Of a DNA stretch of 64,000 bases, positions 28,131 to 36,744 are shown piece by piece. The stretch is from a virus, in the IMG/VR virus record IMGVR_UViG_3300020469_004256, positions 5,590-69,589 of that record. The stretch is one strand, 5' to 3'. A model generated the notes under the pieces. That model was not told the DNA's origin, did not search any database, and saw nothing but the letters and a program-made list of their open reading frames with translations. How positions within the stretch are numbered: position 1 is the stretch's first letter; every line of letters begins with the position of its first letter. Position numbers and translations under genes: made by a program.

Positions 28131-28640
28131 ATGAAAAGGTTTGTTTTGTCAATGATCTTATTGCTTACATTTTTGGTGCCAGCCAAAGTGTTTGCAGAGT
28201 ATGACGCAACTTACGATTGGGATAATGATCAAACATATCAAGCTCTAGCAGAAGACTTTAGGAAGTATTCTGTGTGCCAAGCAATTTATAGAAATCTTTC
28301 AGTGTTTGTTGCAATACACTATGGTATTGGTGATAACTTAGGTTATCCTCAAGAATGGTTACAACAACAAAAATTGTTGTTGCAGAATGCCAACTCACAA
28401 GAAGTTATTTTTGGTGAAAAGACTGAAAGAACAATTCAGCAACTCATGTTAACATATGATCTTCCTTATCAGATGTTAGATGCACAACGCACAAAAAATC
28501 AAGCAGGCACAACACAATCAATTATGTTTTCACTTGCACCAGGATCACAAGATCCAAATCTTTCTTCAGTTGTTATCAAAGGTATTCTTACTGAATCATC
28601 AAATTGTCAAGTGTACCAAGAAAAAGGTACTTACGAATAA
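28131..28640 (+). CDS. exported hypothetical protein
   Basis: Sec signal peptide ending VFA; GATAAATA just upstream. Confidence 0.75.
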   Translation: MKRFVLSMILLLTFLVPAKVFAEYDATYDWDNDQTYQALAEDFRKYSVCQAIYRNLSVFVAIHYGIGDNLGYPQEWLQQQKLLLQNANSQEVIFGEKTERTIQQLMLTYDLPYQMLDAQRTKNQAGTTQSIMFSLAPGSQDPNLSSVVIKGILTESSNCQVYQEKGTYE

Positions 28641-28762
28641 ACACCAACTAGTATTGATAAAAAAAGAATCATACTAATTGAAGTGAACAATAACAATTTC
28701 ATAGTTGGTTTAAATCCAAAGATCCAAATAGCAAGAATTAAAAATAGTAAAAACCAAAGCAT
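28631..28762 (-). CDS. 43-aa two-TM peptide absent from the track (MLWFLLFLILAIWIFGFKPT...)
   Basis: Manual translation; ATG overlaps the upstream stop (TAATG). Confidence 0.55.
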   Translation of the reverse strand: MLWFLLFLILAIWIFGFKPTMKLLLFTSISMILFLSILVGVYS

Positions 28763-29616
28763 TATTGACTTGCCCTAACTTTTCTTTTTAATTTTTCTGT
28801 AGCATCTGCCCATTGTTCTTGGGAACTGTCTACTGGCAATGTCAGTTCAATGGTTGCTTTCGTTTTGGCTCTATTATATTTGAAACCTTCAGGGCAAACC
28901 TTTTGTAAGAATTGTTCTGCCTGTTCATTAACTCTATTTTCGCAATGAAGACCTACTTTGATCGATCCTTTTAGGCTATGAACATAGGCCATATATCGAT
29001 TGTCTAGTTCTGGAAGTCTATGCCATAGAGTAATAGCATTTTCGTTGGCTTTCTTGTAATCTTCTCTCTGTATTGACCATTCCGCACCATATATCTTAAC
29101 GAATTCAGCATAATGATTTAACACCGTATCAGGTGTAGGAATAATCTCTGTGTCTGTGAACAAGGCAGGCTCATATGTGCCTTCGTCTGTCCACTGACTC
29201 TTAACAGCATGAATGTTATATTCTCCCATTTGTGTGGGACGTTTATGATATTTCTCTCTCCATTTGTCTAATAGATCTAAATAAATCTGATCAATTGATT
29301 CACATAGCAGTACCGTTGCCAATATCTTATAGTTCTTAACCGCTAGTACGTCTGCATAACCTTTGGTCTTGAATACATGAGTTTGATCTGCTCGTCCTGT
29401 TAAGTCCTGATGTTCGTACACGATCACATCACCCTTTACTGTATATGCAACCACATCAATTTGTCCACCGTGAATACCATACTCATTGGTTGCACTAGTA
29501 ACACTAGGTAATCCTAGTAACTTATTAATCTTGTTAAGGTCATTAATTCCTATATCAGTTGCTAGATGTTGAGTAAACTTGGTTTCTAACTCATACTGCT
29601 CTCTGAGTGTTTTCAT
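28762..29616 (-). CDS. PD-(D/E)XK-like nuclease-fold protein (DUF4268-associated/NucS-like)
   Basis: E...IDVVAY...VIVYEHQ...DQTH motif. Confidence 0.55.
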   Translation of the reverse strand: MKTLREQYELETKFTQHLATDIGINDLNKINKLLGLPSVTSATNEYGIHGGQIDVVAYTVKGDVIVYEHQDLTGRADQTHVFKTKGYADVLAVKNYKILATVLLCESIDQIYLDLLDKWREKYHKRPTQMGEYNIHAVKSQWTDEGTYEPALFTDTEIIPTPDTVLNHYAEFVKIYGAEWSIQREDYKKANENAITLWHRLPELDNRYMAYVHSLKGSIKVGLHCENRVNEQAEQFLQKVCPEGFKYNRAKTKATIELTLPVDSSQEQWADATEKLKRKVRASQ

Positions 29617-30842
29617 TATACGTTCTCGTAGTGAGTTGTTATTCCAAATGGTGCTTCAAGGTCTTTGTCATGATTTGAATGTATCACCCAAAGTGTATCA
29701 CAATAATTGTCATCACCCCATGATCCCCAAGGATAACCATCTGTGAACACAATCAACTTTTTAGGTTGTACTCCATTATCTTTCATCCAAGTCCAATTGG
29801 CTTCAAACTCAGTACCACCAAAGCCACCCGGCTTGTAATCTGTGATATCTTTGTCTGGTGTAAACACTTCTGGATTATGAACTTCTGTGTCAAAACTCCA
29901 CACATGAACTTTGTAATCTTGGAATGAATCCATTATACCTTTTACTTCACCTAAGAATATATTCAATTGCTTTTCACTAATTGATCCTGATGTATCAATA
30001 GCAACACACACATCAACTGCTGGATCTGGTTGTAGTCCAGGTAGTATAGCATCAACTGACCAACCTTTTCTACTAGGTCTTAAAAATGAATAGTCTGATT
30101 TTACAACTGATGTTATATGTTGATCTAGTAATGATCTCCAATCCATTTTAGGCTCAGTCATATTTTTGATCAAACGTTCAACACCTTTAGGCACATTACC
30201 TGCTCCAGCCGCCTGTGCCGCCTGTAGTACTGCATTTTTAATTTCATCTTTTAACTTGTCTTTGTCTGCTTTAGACATCACAGGTCTTTTGCCTTTACCA
30301 TCTTTGCCGTCACCATCTTTACCTTGTCCTTGACCTTTATCACCTTCACCATCTAAGTGCATATCAAGAGTAACTTTGATTTCAACTTGATTCTTTTTTA
30401 GTTCAGTATATATTTCATCTGAGTTTTTATCATAGTACTTAGGATCAAGTAAACCTTCTTTAGGCATTTTACCTAAACCTTCACGAACCAATTGCCCGTT
30501 AATAACATAGTCAGTTGCCATGTTCCAAATCTGCGGATCTCTACCTTCACGTCTTTCCATATGATCATATACACAGTGCATAACTTCATGCCCAATAAGG
30601 AAATCAAGTTCTTCCGAAGTTAATGGTGTGATAAATTCTCTACTATAAAATAAATGTAATCCATCAGTGGCCGCAGTAGGACACCAATCATCAGCATTTT
30701 TAAGTTTTAATCTTGTTGCAAGATTGCCAAAGAATGGATGTTTTAACAGTAGACGAACTCTACTTTGTACAATTCTTTCACGGATTTCGTGGTCTTCTTG
30801 GACTTTAATCTTTGTTTTTTTTATTGCAGTTTTTGTTGCCAT
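29616..30842 (-). CDS. DUF2201-type metallopeptidase fused to a VWA domain
   Basis: TAATDG, HEVMH (HExxH), MIDAS DTSGS, GGTEF, FTDG. Confidence 0.92.
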   Translation of the reverse strand: MATKTAIKKTKIKVQEDHEIRERIVQSRVRLLLKHPFFGNLATRLKLKNADDWCPTAATDGLHLFYSREFITPLTSEELDFLIGHEVMHCVYDHMERREGRDPQIWNMATDYVINGQLVREGLGKMPKEGLLDPKYYDKNSDEIYTELKKNQVEIKVTLDMHLDGEGDKGQGQGKDGDGKDGKGKRPVMSKADKDKLKDEIKNAVLQAAQAAGAGNVPKGVERLIKNMTEPKMDWRSLLDQHITSVVKSDYSFLRPSRKGWSVDAILPGLQPDPAVDVCVAIDTSGSISEKQLNIFLGEVKGIMDSFQDYKVHVWSFDTEVHNPEVFTPDKDITDYKPGGFGGTEFEANWTWMKDNGVQPKKLIVFTDGYPWGSWGDDNYCDTLWVIHSNHDKDLEAPFGITTHYENV

Positions 30843-30867
30843 GTATCTCTCTCCTTATTATGTATAT

Positions 30868-30904
30868 ATAATAGCATCATATAGAGATCTGTCAACCAGA
30901 AAAG
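30868..30904 (-). promoter_or_regulatory. early promoter copy 2 (37-bp exact repeat)
   Basis: Identical to 35943..35979; TTGACA-16-TATTAT with TGn. Confidence 0.85.
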
Positions 30905-31007
30905 TGGTTAATTAATCCAGTAAAACTGGCACTTTTTATTAAAATAGTGTATAAAGGATAAATATACTTGTATATTATACACAATAACAAATATAGGAGA
31001 GCTCAAT

Positions 31008-31265
31008 ATGTTTATATCATGGAAATCAGACAGTAGTTTTGGTTCAGCAGATGCTTTCAAATCACACATTGAAGAAAGTGATTTTGATGATTATTTTGCT
31101 TGGGCAGTATCAAACGGCAGAGTCAACTTCAAACACGAATTAGTTGGAGAAGATCTAGTTTACACTGAAGAGTGGAACATTACAAGAGAAGAATATGATG
31201 CGTTAGATCATCCATCATTTCCTTCACAGCCGATAGAAGAAACAACTGACCACTTAACATTTTAA
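31008..31265 (+). CDS. acidic hypothetical protein, monocistronic
   Basis: AGGAG RBS, upstream GATAAATA, downstream terminator. Confidence 0.8.
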   Translation: MFISWKSDSSFGSADAFKSHIEESDFDDYFAWAVSNGRVNFKHELVGEDLVYTEEWNITREEYDALDHPSFPSQPIEETTDHLTF

Positions 31266-31277
31266 TAATTAATTATT

Positions 31278-31316
31278 AAAAGCTCACTGTTGCCTAGCAA
31301 TGGTGGGCTTTTTTTT
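31278..31316. terminator. intrinsic, probably bidirectional, terminator between convergent genes
   Basis: AAAAGCTCACTGTTGC-CTA-GCAATGGTGGGC-T8. Confidence 0.85.
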
Positions 31317-31635
31317 ATTCACCAAAGTAATAGTTACCTAAGCCTAGCATCAACAATGTCACTAGAACTGCATTTAATACTAGCAATGCTCTATCGTGCC
31401 ACAAGTAACCAACCCATGCCCAGCCAAATGTACCAAACAACCCAAACCACATATCCACATGTGGAATTGTGCCTATGCTTCTAGCCACAGTTGCAATCAA
31501 TATAAGAATTACCGATACCCATTTCACATACCAAGATAGATCACCTTTAGGTGTAACTTTCTTAAATACCCTAGTGGAATTTAACTTTTTGATTTTATCA
31601 TCTAGTTTTTCTTTTATAGGTTTTATATCTTCCAT
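31315..31635 (-). CDS. DUF6552-like membrane protein
   Basis: YVKW...GWAWVGYLWHDRALLVLNAV. Confidence 0.7.
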   Translation of the reverse strand: MEDIKPIKEKLDDKIKKLNSTRVFKKVTPKGDLSWYVKWVSVILILIATVARSIGTIPHVDMWFGLFGTFGWAWVGYLWHDRALLVLNAVLVTLLMLGLGNYYFGE

Positions 31636-31826
31636 TTTATTTTATCCTCTATGGCGTGTTGTGCCGCTTGTATATAATCGCGATCTTCTTCTGACAACAC
31701 TGACCAAAACTTACTGACACTTGTAGTTAACTCATATGCCTCTTTTGGATTGTTTATATGATAATTTGATTCCATTAATTTTTGTAGTTGGTCCATGCGT
31801 TCTTTTATTTTAATAGCAATGGTCAT
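31623..31826 (-). CDS. hypothetical protein (likely start MTIAIK)
   Basis: ATGA coupling with the upstream gene; the longer ORF-track start overlaps it. Confidence 0.7.
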   Translation of the reverse strand: MTIAIKIKERMDQLQKLMESNYHINNPKEAYELTTSVSKFWSVLSEEDRDYIQAAQHAIEDKIKWKI

Positions 31827-32065
31827 ACTATAAAATTTCCAATTAATCCTATGATATAAATTAATGTCAGACCTGCGTTCAACACAATCAAAGAACGTTC
31901 TTGCCATAATATACCAACCAGTACCCAAGTTGCATTTGCTATACAAAATGCATAACTGTACCATGGATAAAGATTAAAAGCCGCCATTGATGCCGCTATT
32001 AATAGAATTACTGTGCCTGTCCAGGCTAACCATTGATATGGTTTGTTATCTGTTTTTGTACTCAT
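31823..32065 (-). CDS. small membrane protein related to 31315..31635
   Basis: WVLVGILWQERSLIVLNAGL parallels the neighbour's motif. Confidence 0.7.
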   Translation of the reverse strand: MSTKTDNKPYQWLAWTGTVILLIAASMAAFNLYPWYSYAFCIANATWVLVGILWQERSLIVLNAGLTLIYIIGLIGNFIV

Positions 32066-32222
32066 TTTTTGTAATCATTTCTAGTTCTACTGCATCTACT
32101 TTAGCACATTTATATAATATGTCAACCGATTCCATTAATTGGCCATAAGTTTTTTCCCACCAGTAATTGGTAGAAGACAGTTCTCCCCTTGTCACGGTCA
32201 CTTTATAATACACATCACTCAC
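32046..32222 (-). CDS. 58-aa hypothetical protein absent from the track (GTG start, MSDVYYKVTV...EYKNR)
   Basis: Manual translation; GTGA overlap with the upstream stop. Confidence 0.6.
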   Translation of the reverse strand: MSDVYYKVTVTRGELSSTNYWWEKTYGQLMESVDILYKCAKVDAVELEMITKNEYKNR

Positions 32223-32446
32223 GATGCTATTTTTTCCCAGGCCAATACTCCTTTGACTATATCTCTGTCTTTGGCTTTTTTAAATGCGTAATAACTGCCA
32301 GAGATATAATACCATCCTGTGGCATGACGTTTGATTGTTTTTAAAATTTCTTCTTTTTGTTCTTCTGTTATGTTAGATAAATCAATCACATAGTACTCAT
32401 CTTTGTAATTGTAAAATTCTTTTTGTGTTAGTTTTCTAGACTTCAT
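32219..32446 (-). CDS. hypothetical protein
   Basis: ORF track; coupled to neighbours. Confidence 0.7.
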   Translation of the reverse strand: MKSRKLTQKEFYNYKDEYYVIDLSNITEEQKEEILKTIKRHATGWYYISGSYYAFKKAKDRDIVKGVLAWEKIAS

Positions 32447-32819
32447 TAATCGCTTTTTCTATTTTTTTATAATAATCGTCAAATATTTCTGCTTCTTTGC
32501 TATTTAGATATGCTACAGATCCAAAGCACGGATATCCGTTAATACCAGTTGGAAACTGATCTTTCATGTAAGAATAAAACATGCATGGTTTATCTTGATA
32601 CATACCTTGACTCATATCTGGTGACATCAGCATCAACGGCATAAACACACTGGCTATGTCATGTGGATTTTGTATTTGAAAACTAGTAAATACTTCTCCA
32701 CGATATACTTGTTGTGCTAGTTCTTTTAAAAACTGTTTTGACTTTATAGGACGTTTTTTACGACTTTTTTTATTAACTTTGTATTCTTTTATTTCAGGTT
32801 CCATATTCAGTTTTACCAT
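32436..32819 (-). CDS. hypothetical phage protein
   Basis: ORF track; VFMPL..GINGYPCF. Confidence 0.75.
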   Translation of the reverse strand: MVKLNMEPEIKEYKVNKKSRKKRPIKSKQFLKELAQQVYRGEVFTSFQIQNPHDIASVFMPLMLMSPDMSQGMYQDKPCMFYSYMKDQFPTGINGYPCFGSVAYLNSKEAEIFDDYYKKIEKAINEV

Positions 32820-32828
32820 TGTTTATTT

Positions 32829-33875
32829 TTAATTTTTGTCTTCAACTTTTTTGTTTTTGTATATTCCTTTTAACCCACATGCCCTAATGCATTTACGTAG
32901 ATGTTTAGGATGTGATGCATACCATCTTGATTTTAAAGACTTGTAAAATTCTGTTTGTAATATATCGCTGATTGAATGTTTGTTAAGATCGTTAAAATCT
33001 CTATCGTTGGTTTGTGTAATTTGTTCATACATATGAATTGAATCACCGTACAAGAAACAACAAGGCCACAGTGTCATATCAGCCGCTACAAAGCATTCTG
33101 GTTCTTCGTAATGTTGACAAGAAAGTGTGTGAACTATATCATCAACTACTTTAGGATCTTTAGATGTATAAATTTCTTTTAGTTTTTGTAAATCATTGTG
33201 TGGAAGTTTTTTAGAATTGTTTAATTTTACTTCTTCAACTACTGTAACACTTTTTTGTTTTTCATCTTTAACAACTAATGGTTTTCTTGGCTTGTGTTTT
33301 TTATTTTTGTTGAATTCATTTCTACCACTAGTTCTTCTAATAAATCTCATACCAAGTTCATTTGCTAAACTTTTTGCATCTTCGTAATCATCTTCATTAT
33401 GATCAAATGGTATAAAAACCCAATTGGCTTTGCCACCTGCACCCATGTATGCTCTCATATTTCTTTCTAGTGTTGACCAATTTACATTTACTCTGTAGAT
33501 GTGGTTAGTATCTTTAAATCCATCTACACTGAAGTCAACATACAAGTTTTCTAGTTTGGCTAACTTTGCCCACCATTCTGCATTTTGATACCCACCATTT
33601 GTGCTTAAATTTATTCTTCCACCAAAGTTAGAAATATATTCAGCAATTTCAAAACATTCGTTATTGAGTATAGGATCACCTAATACTCCGCACAGTTTAA
33701 ATTCTTTGTTATCACAAGATTCTCGTGTTGGAAAAATTTGTTTGATGTTTTCAAATGTAAGTTCGTTATTGCCTCTCAATTTCATGCCCATTTCAGTTCT
33801 AGCACACAGAGGACATTCTGCATTACAGTTAGCAGTTATTTCTAGTTCATATTTTTGGATATGTTTTTCTAACAT
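32829..33875 (-). CDS. radical SAM protein (likely start MLEKH), paralogue of 2663..3778
   Basis: CNAECPLC, GVLGDP, STNGG, NHIYRVNVNW, WPCC, CIRAC. Confidence 0.9.
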   Translation of the reverse strand: MLEKHIQKYELEITANCNAECPLCARTEMGMKLRGNNELTFENIKQIFPTRESCDNKEFKLCGVLGDPILNNECFEIAEYISNFGGRINLSTNGGYQNAEWWAKLAKLENLYVDFSVDGFKDTNHIYRVNVNWSTLERNMRAYMGAGGKANWVFIPFDHNEDDYEDAKSLANELGMRFIRRTSGRNEFNKNKKHKPRKPLVVKDEKQKSVTVVEEVKLNNSKKLPHNDLQKLKEIYTSKDPKVVDDIVHTLSCQHYEEPECFVAADMTLWPCCFLYGDSIHMYEQITQTNDRDFNDLNKHSISDILQTEFYKSLKSRWYASHPKHLRKCIRACGLKGIYKNKKVEDKN

Positions 33876-33879
33876 TGCT

Positions 33880-34131
33880 TTACTTTCGTAATTTTGCATC
33901 ACCATGGTAGCATTCTGGTGGTTGCGTGTACTGTGGTGAAAGTGTAGCATCGTATTCAAATCTAGTATTACAATACAAACAAACTTTATAATCTTTATCA
34001 CCCATTGTCATATAAACATGAGGATGATCATTTGGTGGTTCAGCACCTATACAAACAAAACCTTTGACACCAATCTTTATTACAGGTACTCCTATATCAT
34101 TTTTGTATGACGGTGTTGCGTTGGTATCCAT
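33880..34131 (-). CDS. zf-CHCC zinc-finger protein (NDUFS6-like)
   Basis: CIGAEPPNDHPHVY...CLYC. Confidence 0.88.
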   Translation of the reverse strand: MDTNATPSYKNDIGVPVIKIGVKGFVCIGAEPPNDHPHVYMTMGDKDYKVCLYCNTRFEYDATLSPQYTQPPECYHGDAKLRK

Positions 34132-34132
34132 T

Positions 34133-34342
34133 TTAGTGTATAGTTTTATGATTTTTTAGTATTCCATGTTTGCTCATATTTATATACAATTTGTTTTTAG
34201 TTTTTTTCCAAAACTCTAAAGCCCAGTCATCAGTTGATCTGTCAATTGCTTTGTCACAGTTTTCTAAAAGTCTATTGTACATTTTTTCTAGTTGTTGTTT
34301 AGTTGTTATTATCATTATTTTTGTTTTTTTCCTTGTGTCCAT
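34133..34342 (-). CDS. hypothetical protein
   Basis: ORF track. Confidence 0.65.
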   Translation of the reverse strand: MDTRKKTKIMIITTKQQLEKMYNRLLENCDKAIDRSTDDWALEFWKKTKNKLYINMSKHGILKNHKTIH

Positions 34343-34728
34343 TGAGTGTAAGAATCTTCAGCAAATTTAAATATTTTAGAAAGTTGCAAAGATGCTTTTG
34401 CTGAAATTGATTTTGCAAATATTTCTTCAATGATCATTTCATTTTGATTTACATGTGGGTCAACCCAGTATTCTTTATTATGTTTGTGTATACGATCGTG
34501 ACATATTTCAATTTTTAAGACTGACTTGTTGTCATTAGATAAAAAGTTGCCATTAAACCAACCTGCTTCTTTTATTTTTTCGTCTGCTTCTTGTTGAAAT
34601 CCTGCTTGTTTTTCTTTTGAATCTATTTGTCTATTACTACAAATATTAAAAAAATGTTCAACATTTTGCCATTCTGTATCTGGATGTTTTAAACTTTTTA
34701 TTTTATAAATTTTTATACTTGCCTGCAT
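34315..34728 (-). CDS. hypothetical protein
   Basis: ORF track; GATAAGTA element just upstream. Confidence 0.65.
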   Translation of the reverse strand: MQASIKIYKIKSLKHPDTEWQNVEHFFNICSNRQIDSKEKQAGFQQEADEKIKEAGWFNGNFLSNDNKSVLKIEICHDRIHKHNKEYWVDPHVNQNEMIIEEIFAKSISAKASLQLSKIFKFAEDSYTQWTQGKKQK

Positions 34729-34755
34729 AGTAATACTTATCCTTTTTATTAGGGT

Positions 34756-34804
34756 GGGGAACTGATCTACATTTAAGAGCAGAGAGAGGCAGATTCAGTT
34801 CCCC
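34756..34804 (-). other. stable 3' hairpin after the AAA+ gene with a CU-rich loop
   Basis: GGGGAACUGA(A)UCUGC-CUCUCUCUGCUCUUAAAU-GUAGAUCAGUUCCCC; no U-tract follows on the minus strand. Confidence 0.75.
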
Positions 34805-34814
34805 TAACAGCATT

Positions 34815-35906
34815 CTAAACGTCTACGATTAGTTTGCCGTATCTTTTATAAAACTCCTTAAAGCTCACAAGCTCTTTAGGGGAAAACGGTAGTTGATGAT
34901 TCTTAAGAGCAATTCTTGCCCCAAGTACTACCATTTCAGTTTCAAAATTGTCCATCATATATTGTAGAAAACAGTCTGCCATCTTGTGCCAAGCCGCCAT
35001 CTTCTTGTTCTTCTGCGCCTTTTCACATTCGTCTTTTAGTTCATAACACAATGAAGTAATCAACGAGTACATAGCACTCACTTCTTTTGTATCAAGTTTC
35101 TTAACCTTACCAGTTAAAATATCTGTTGGGTTAGGAAGTTTACCTGCTACATCTTTATGAGCATTAAATTTTACTGCAAGACCTTCACCTACTGCACCAG
35201 TAATGATGTCTGTAAGTTGTGAGCCTTGTAAATTACTTGACTCTAACATATCACTTACAAAAGACCAACTTCTTGGAGTAGCAAATGCTCTTGATGAGCT
35301 TCTAGGATCAAAGTCATACAAGTCATTTTTAGCAAATGTCAAGTAACCAACCACATCAGGGTGGATGTTATTATTAGTTGCCCAATCTTGCCAGTCTTCA
35401 AAATTAACTGCCATTTCAATATGCAACATTCTGTTAGCAAGTGGACTAGGCATTCTGTAAGTAACACCTCTGTCACTTTCTCTATTACCAGCCGCCACAA
35501 TCGATACTCCTTCTGGCAATACATAAGTACCAATTCTTCTGTTAAGAATTAACTGATACGCCGCCGCCTGTACACTTTGTGGTGCCGCATTAATTTCGTC
35601 TAAGAACAAAATAGATGTGTCCTTAGGATCACTTGGAAGATCAACTGGTGGTGCCCAATCCATTTTATTTTCTTTAGAATTAAAATATGGAATACCACGT
35701 AAGTCAGTTGGTTCTAAAAGAAGCAATCTAAGATCAATCACTCCTCTATCAGTATTCTTACCAATCTGTTCAATAATTTCTGATTTACCAATGCCTGGAG
35801 GACCCCATAACATAACGGGTCTTTTAGCATCGATACAAGCAAGTACCTCAGTCATTACATCACTGGGTCTTACTGTTCTAGCGTCTGTTGTTGTTGTTTT
35901 AGCCAT
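34815..35906 (-). CDS. MoxR-like AAA+ ATPase
   Basis: Walker A GPPGIGKS, Walker B LFLDE, AAGNR, LANR, TPRSW. Confidence 0.93.
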   Translation of the reverse strand: MAKTTTTDARTVRPSDVMTEVLACIDAKRPVMLWGPPGIGKSEIIEQIGKNTDRGVIDLRLLLLEPTDLRGIPYFNSKENKMDWAPPVDLPSDPKDTSILFLDEINAAPQSVQAAAYQLILNRRIGTYVLPEGVSIVAAGNRESDRGVTYRMPSPLANRMLHIEMAVNFEDWQDWATNNNIHPDVVGYLTFAKNDLYDFDPRSSSRAFATPRSWSFVSDMLESSNLQGSQLTDIITGAVGEGLAVKFNAHKDVAGKLPNPTDILTGKVKKLDTKEVSAMYSLITSLCYELKDECEKAQKNKKMAAWHKMADCFLQYMMDNFETEMVVLGARIALKNHQLPFSPKELVSFKEFYKRYGKLIVDV

Positions 35907-35942
35907 CTTAACCTCTCTCTTTGTTAATTGTTTATATTATTA

Positions 35943-35979
35943 ATAATAGCATCATATAGAGATCTGTCAACCAGAAAAG
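35943..35979 (-). promoter_or_regulatory. early promoter copy 3 (37-bp exact repeat)
   Basis: Identical to 30868..30904. Confidence 0.85.
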
Positions 35980-36038
35980 CACATTTTTCTGGCCAAAAAA
36001 ATCCAATAAACTCAAGGCTTTTTTAAAAAAATTAAAAA

Positions 36039-36419
36039 TTATTCAAAATCTGGTGAGTAATTTTGAGTATTTACTGTGATATTTCGTGACCAAAGTTCAA
36101 CATCACCATCAATTAATTTGAGATCCACAGCATCTTTTTCATTGAATACCACAATTTTCTTGTTGTCTATGTAATATGGAAGAAGCATCTCCTTCTCTAA
36201 ATTATACACATGAATAGACTTTACACTAAATGGCTGTTTCACTTTAATCACATATGATGGAAAGTGTTGTTCTAATATTTGTACACCAATTTTTGTCAAT
36301 CGTAATGAGTTATCGCTCAACCTACTCACAAACATGTTGAGTATTTGTGCTTCTGTTATGCCTTTTGATTTGACATAGTCAACGACAATGCGTTTATTAT
36401 GGTTGATAATGTTTGACAT
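36039..36419 (-). CDS. hypothetical phage protein
   Basis: ORF track; SLRLTKIG, PYYI. Confidence 0.75.
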   Translation of the reverse strand: MSNIINHNKRIVVDYVKSKGITEAQILNMFVSRLSDNSLRLTKIGVQILEQHFPSYVIKVKQPFSVKSIHVYNLEKEMLLPYYIDNKKIVVFNEKDAVDLKLIDGDVELWSRNITVNTQNYSPDFE

Positions 36420-36699
36420 CCAACTTCTTTCCAGCAGTTAAAACATGTACTGAAAAGTCGTTGCACTTGAACAATGCATTTAGTTTTTCTGCTAAATTAA
36501 TTGCGTGTCCCGAATTTGAAAATGATACTTTTTTATATTTAGGTCCTGGATAGTTTACAAGTGTATTCAATGACCTTAGGTTCACAGGAGCGTCTTTGTA
36601 GAAAACCGCATAGATGGCTTCCGCTTTAAGAACCTGTTCGCTCTTATAGTTTTTGGGGTTAGTGAATTCTAACAATATATCTGGTTTTGGTCTACTCAT
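36397..36699 (-). CDS. conserved large-phage hypothetical protein
   Basis: MSRPKP..YKKVSFSNSGHAINLAEKLN; GGAG RBS; GATAAATA at 36721-36728. Confidence 0.8.
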   Translation of the reverse strand: MSRPKPDILLEFTNPKNYKSEQVLKAEAIYAVFYKDAPVNLRSLNTLVNYPGPKYKKVSFSNSGHAINLAEKLNALFKCNDFSVHVLTAGKKLDVKHYQP

Positions 36700-36744
36700 T
36701 GTTGCTCCATTATGTATAAGTATTTATCTTCTCTTGAGATAAAA

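Noticed and set aside
30868-35979. 37-bp direct repeats as att sites of an integrated element
   Set aside because: They contain -35/-10 boxes at equivalent positions before start codons, a third copy lies 25 kb away, and no recombinase is present.
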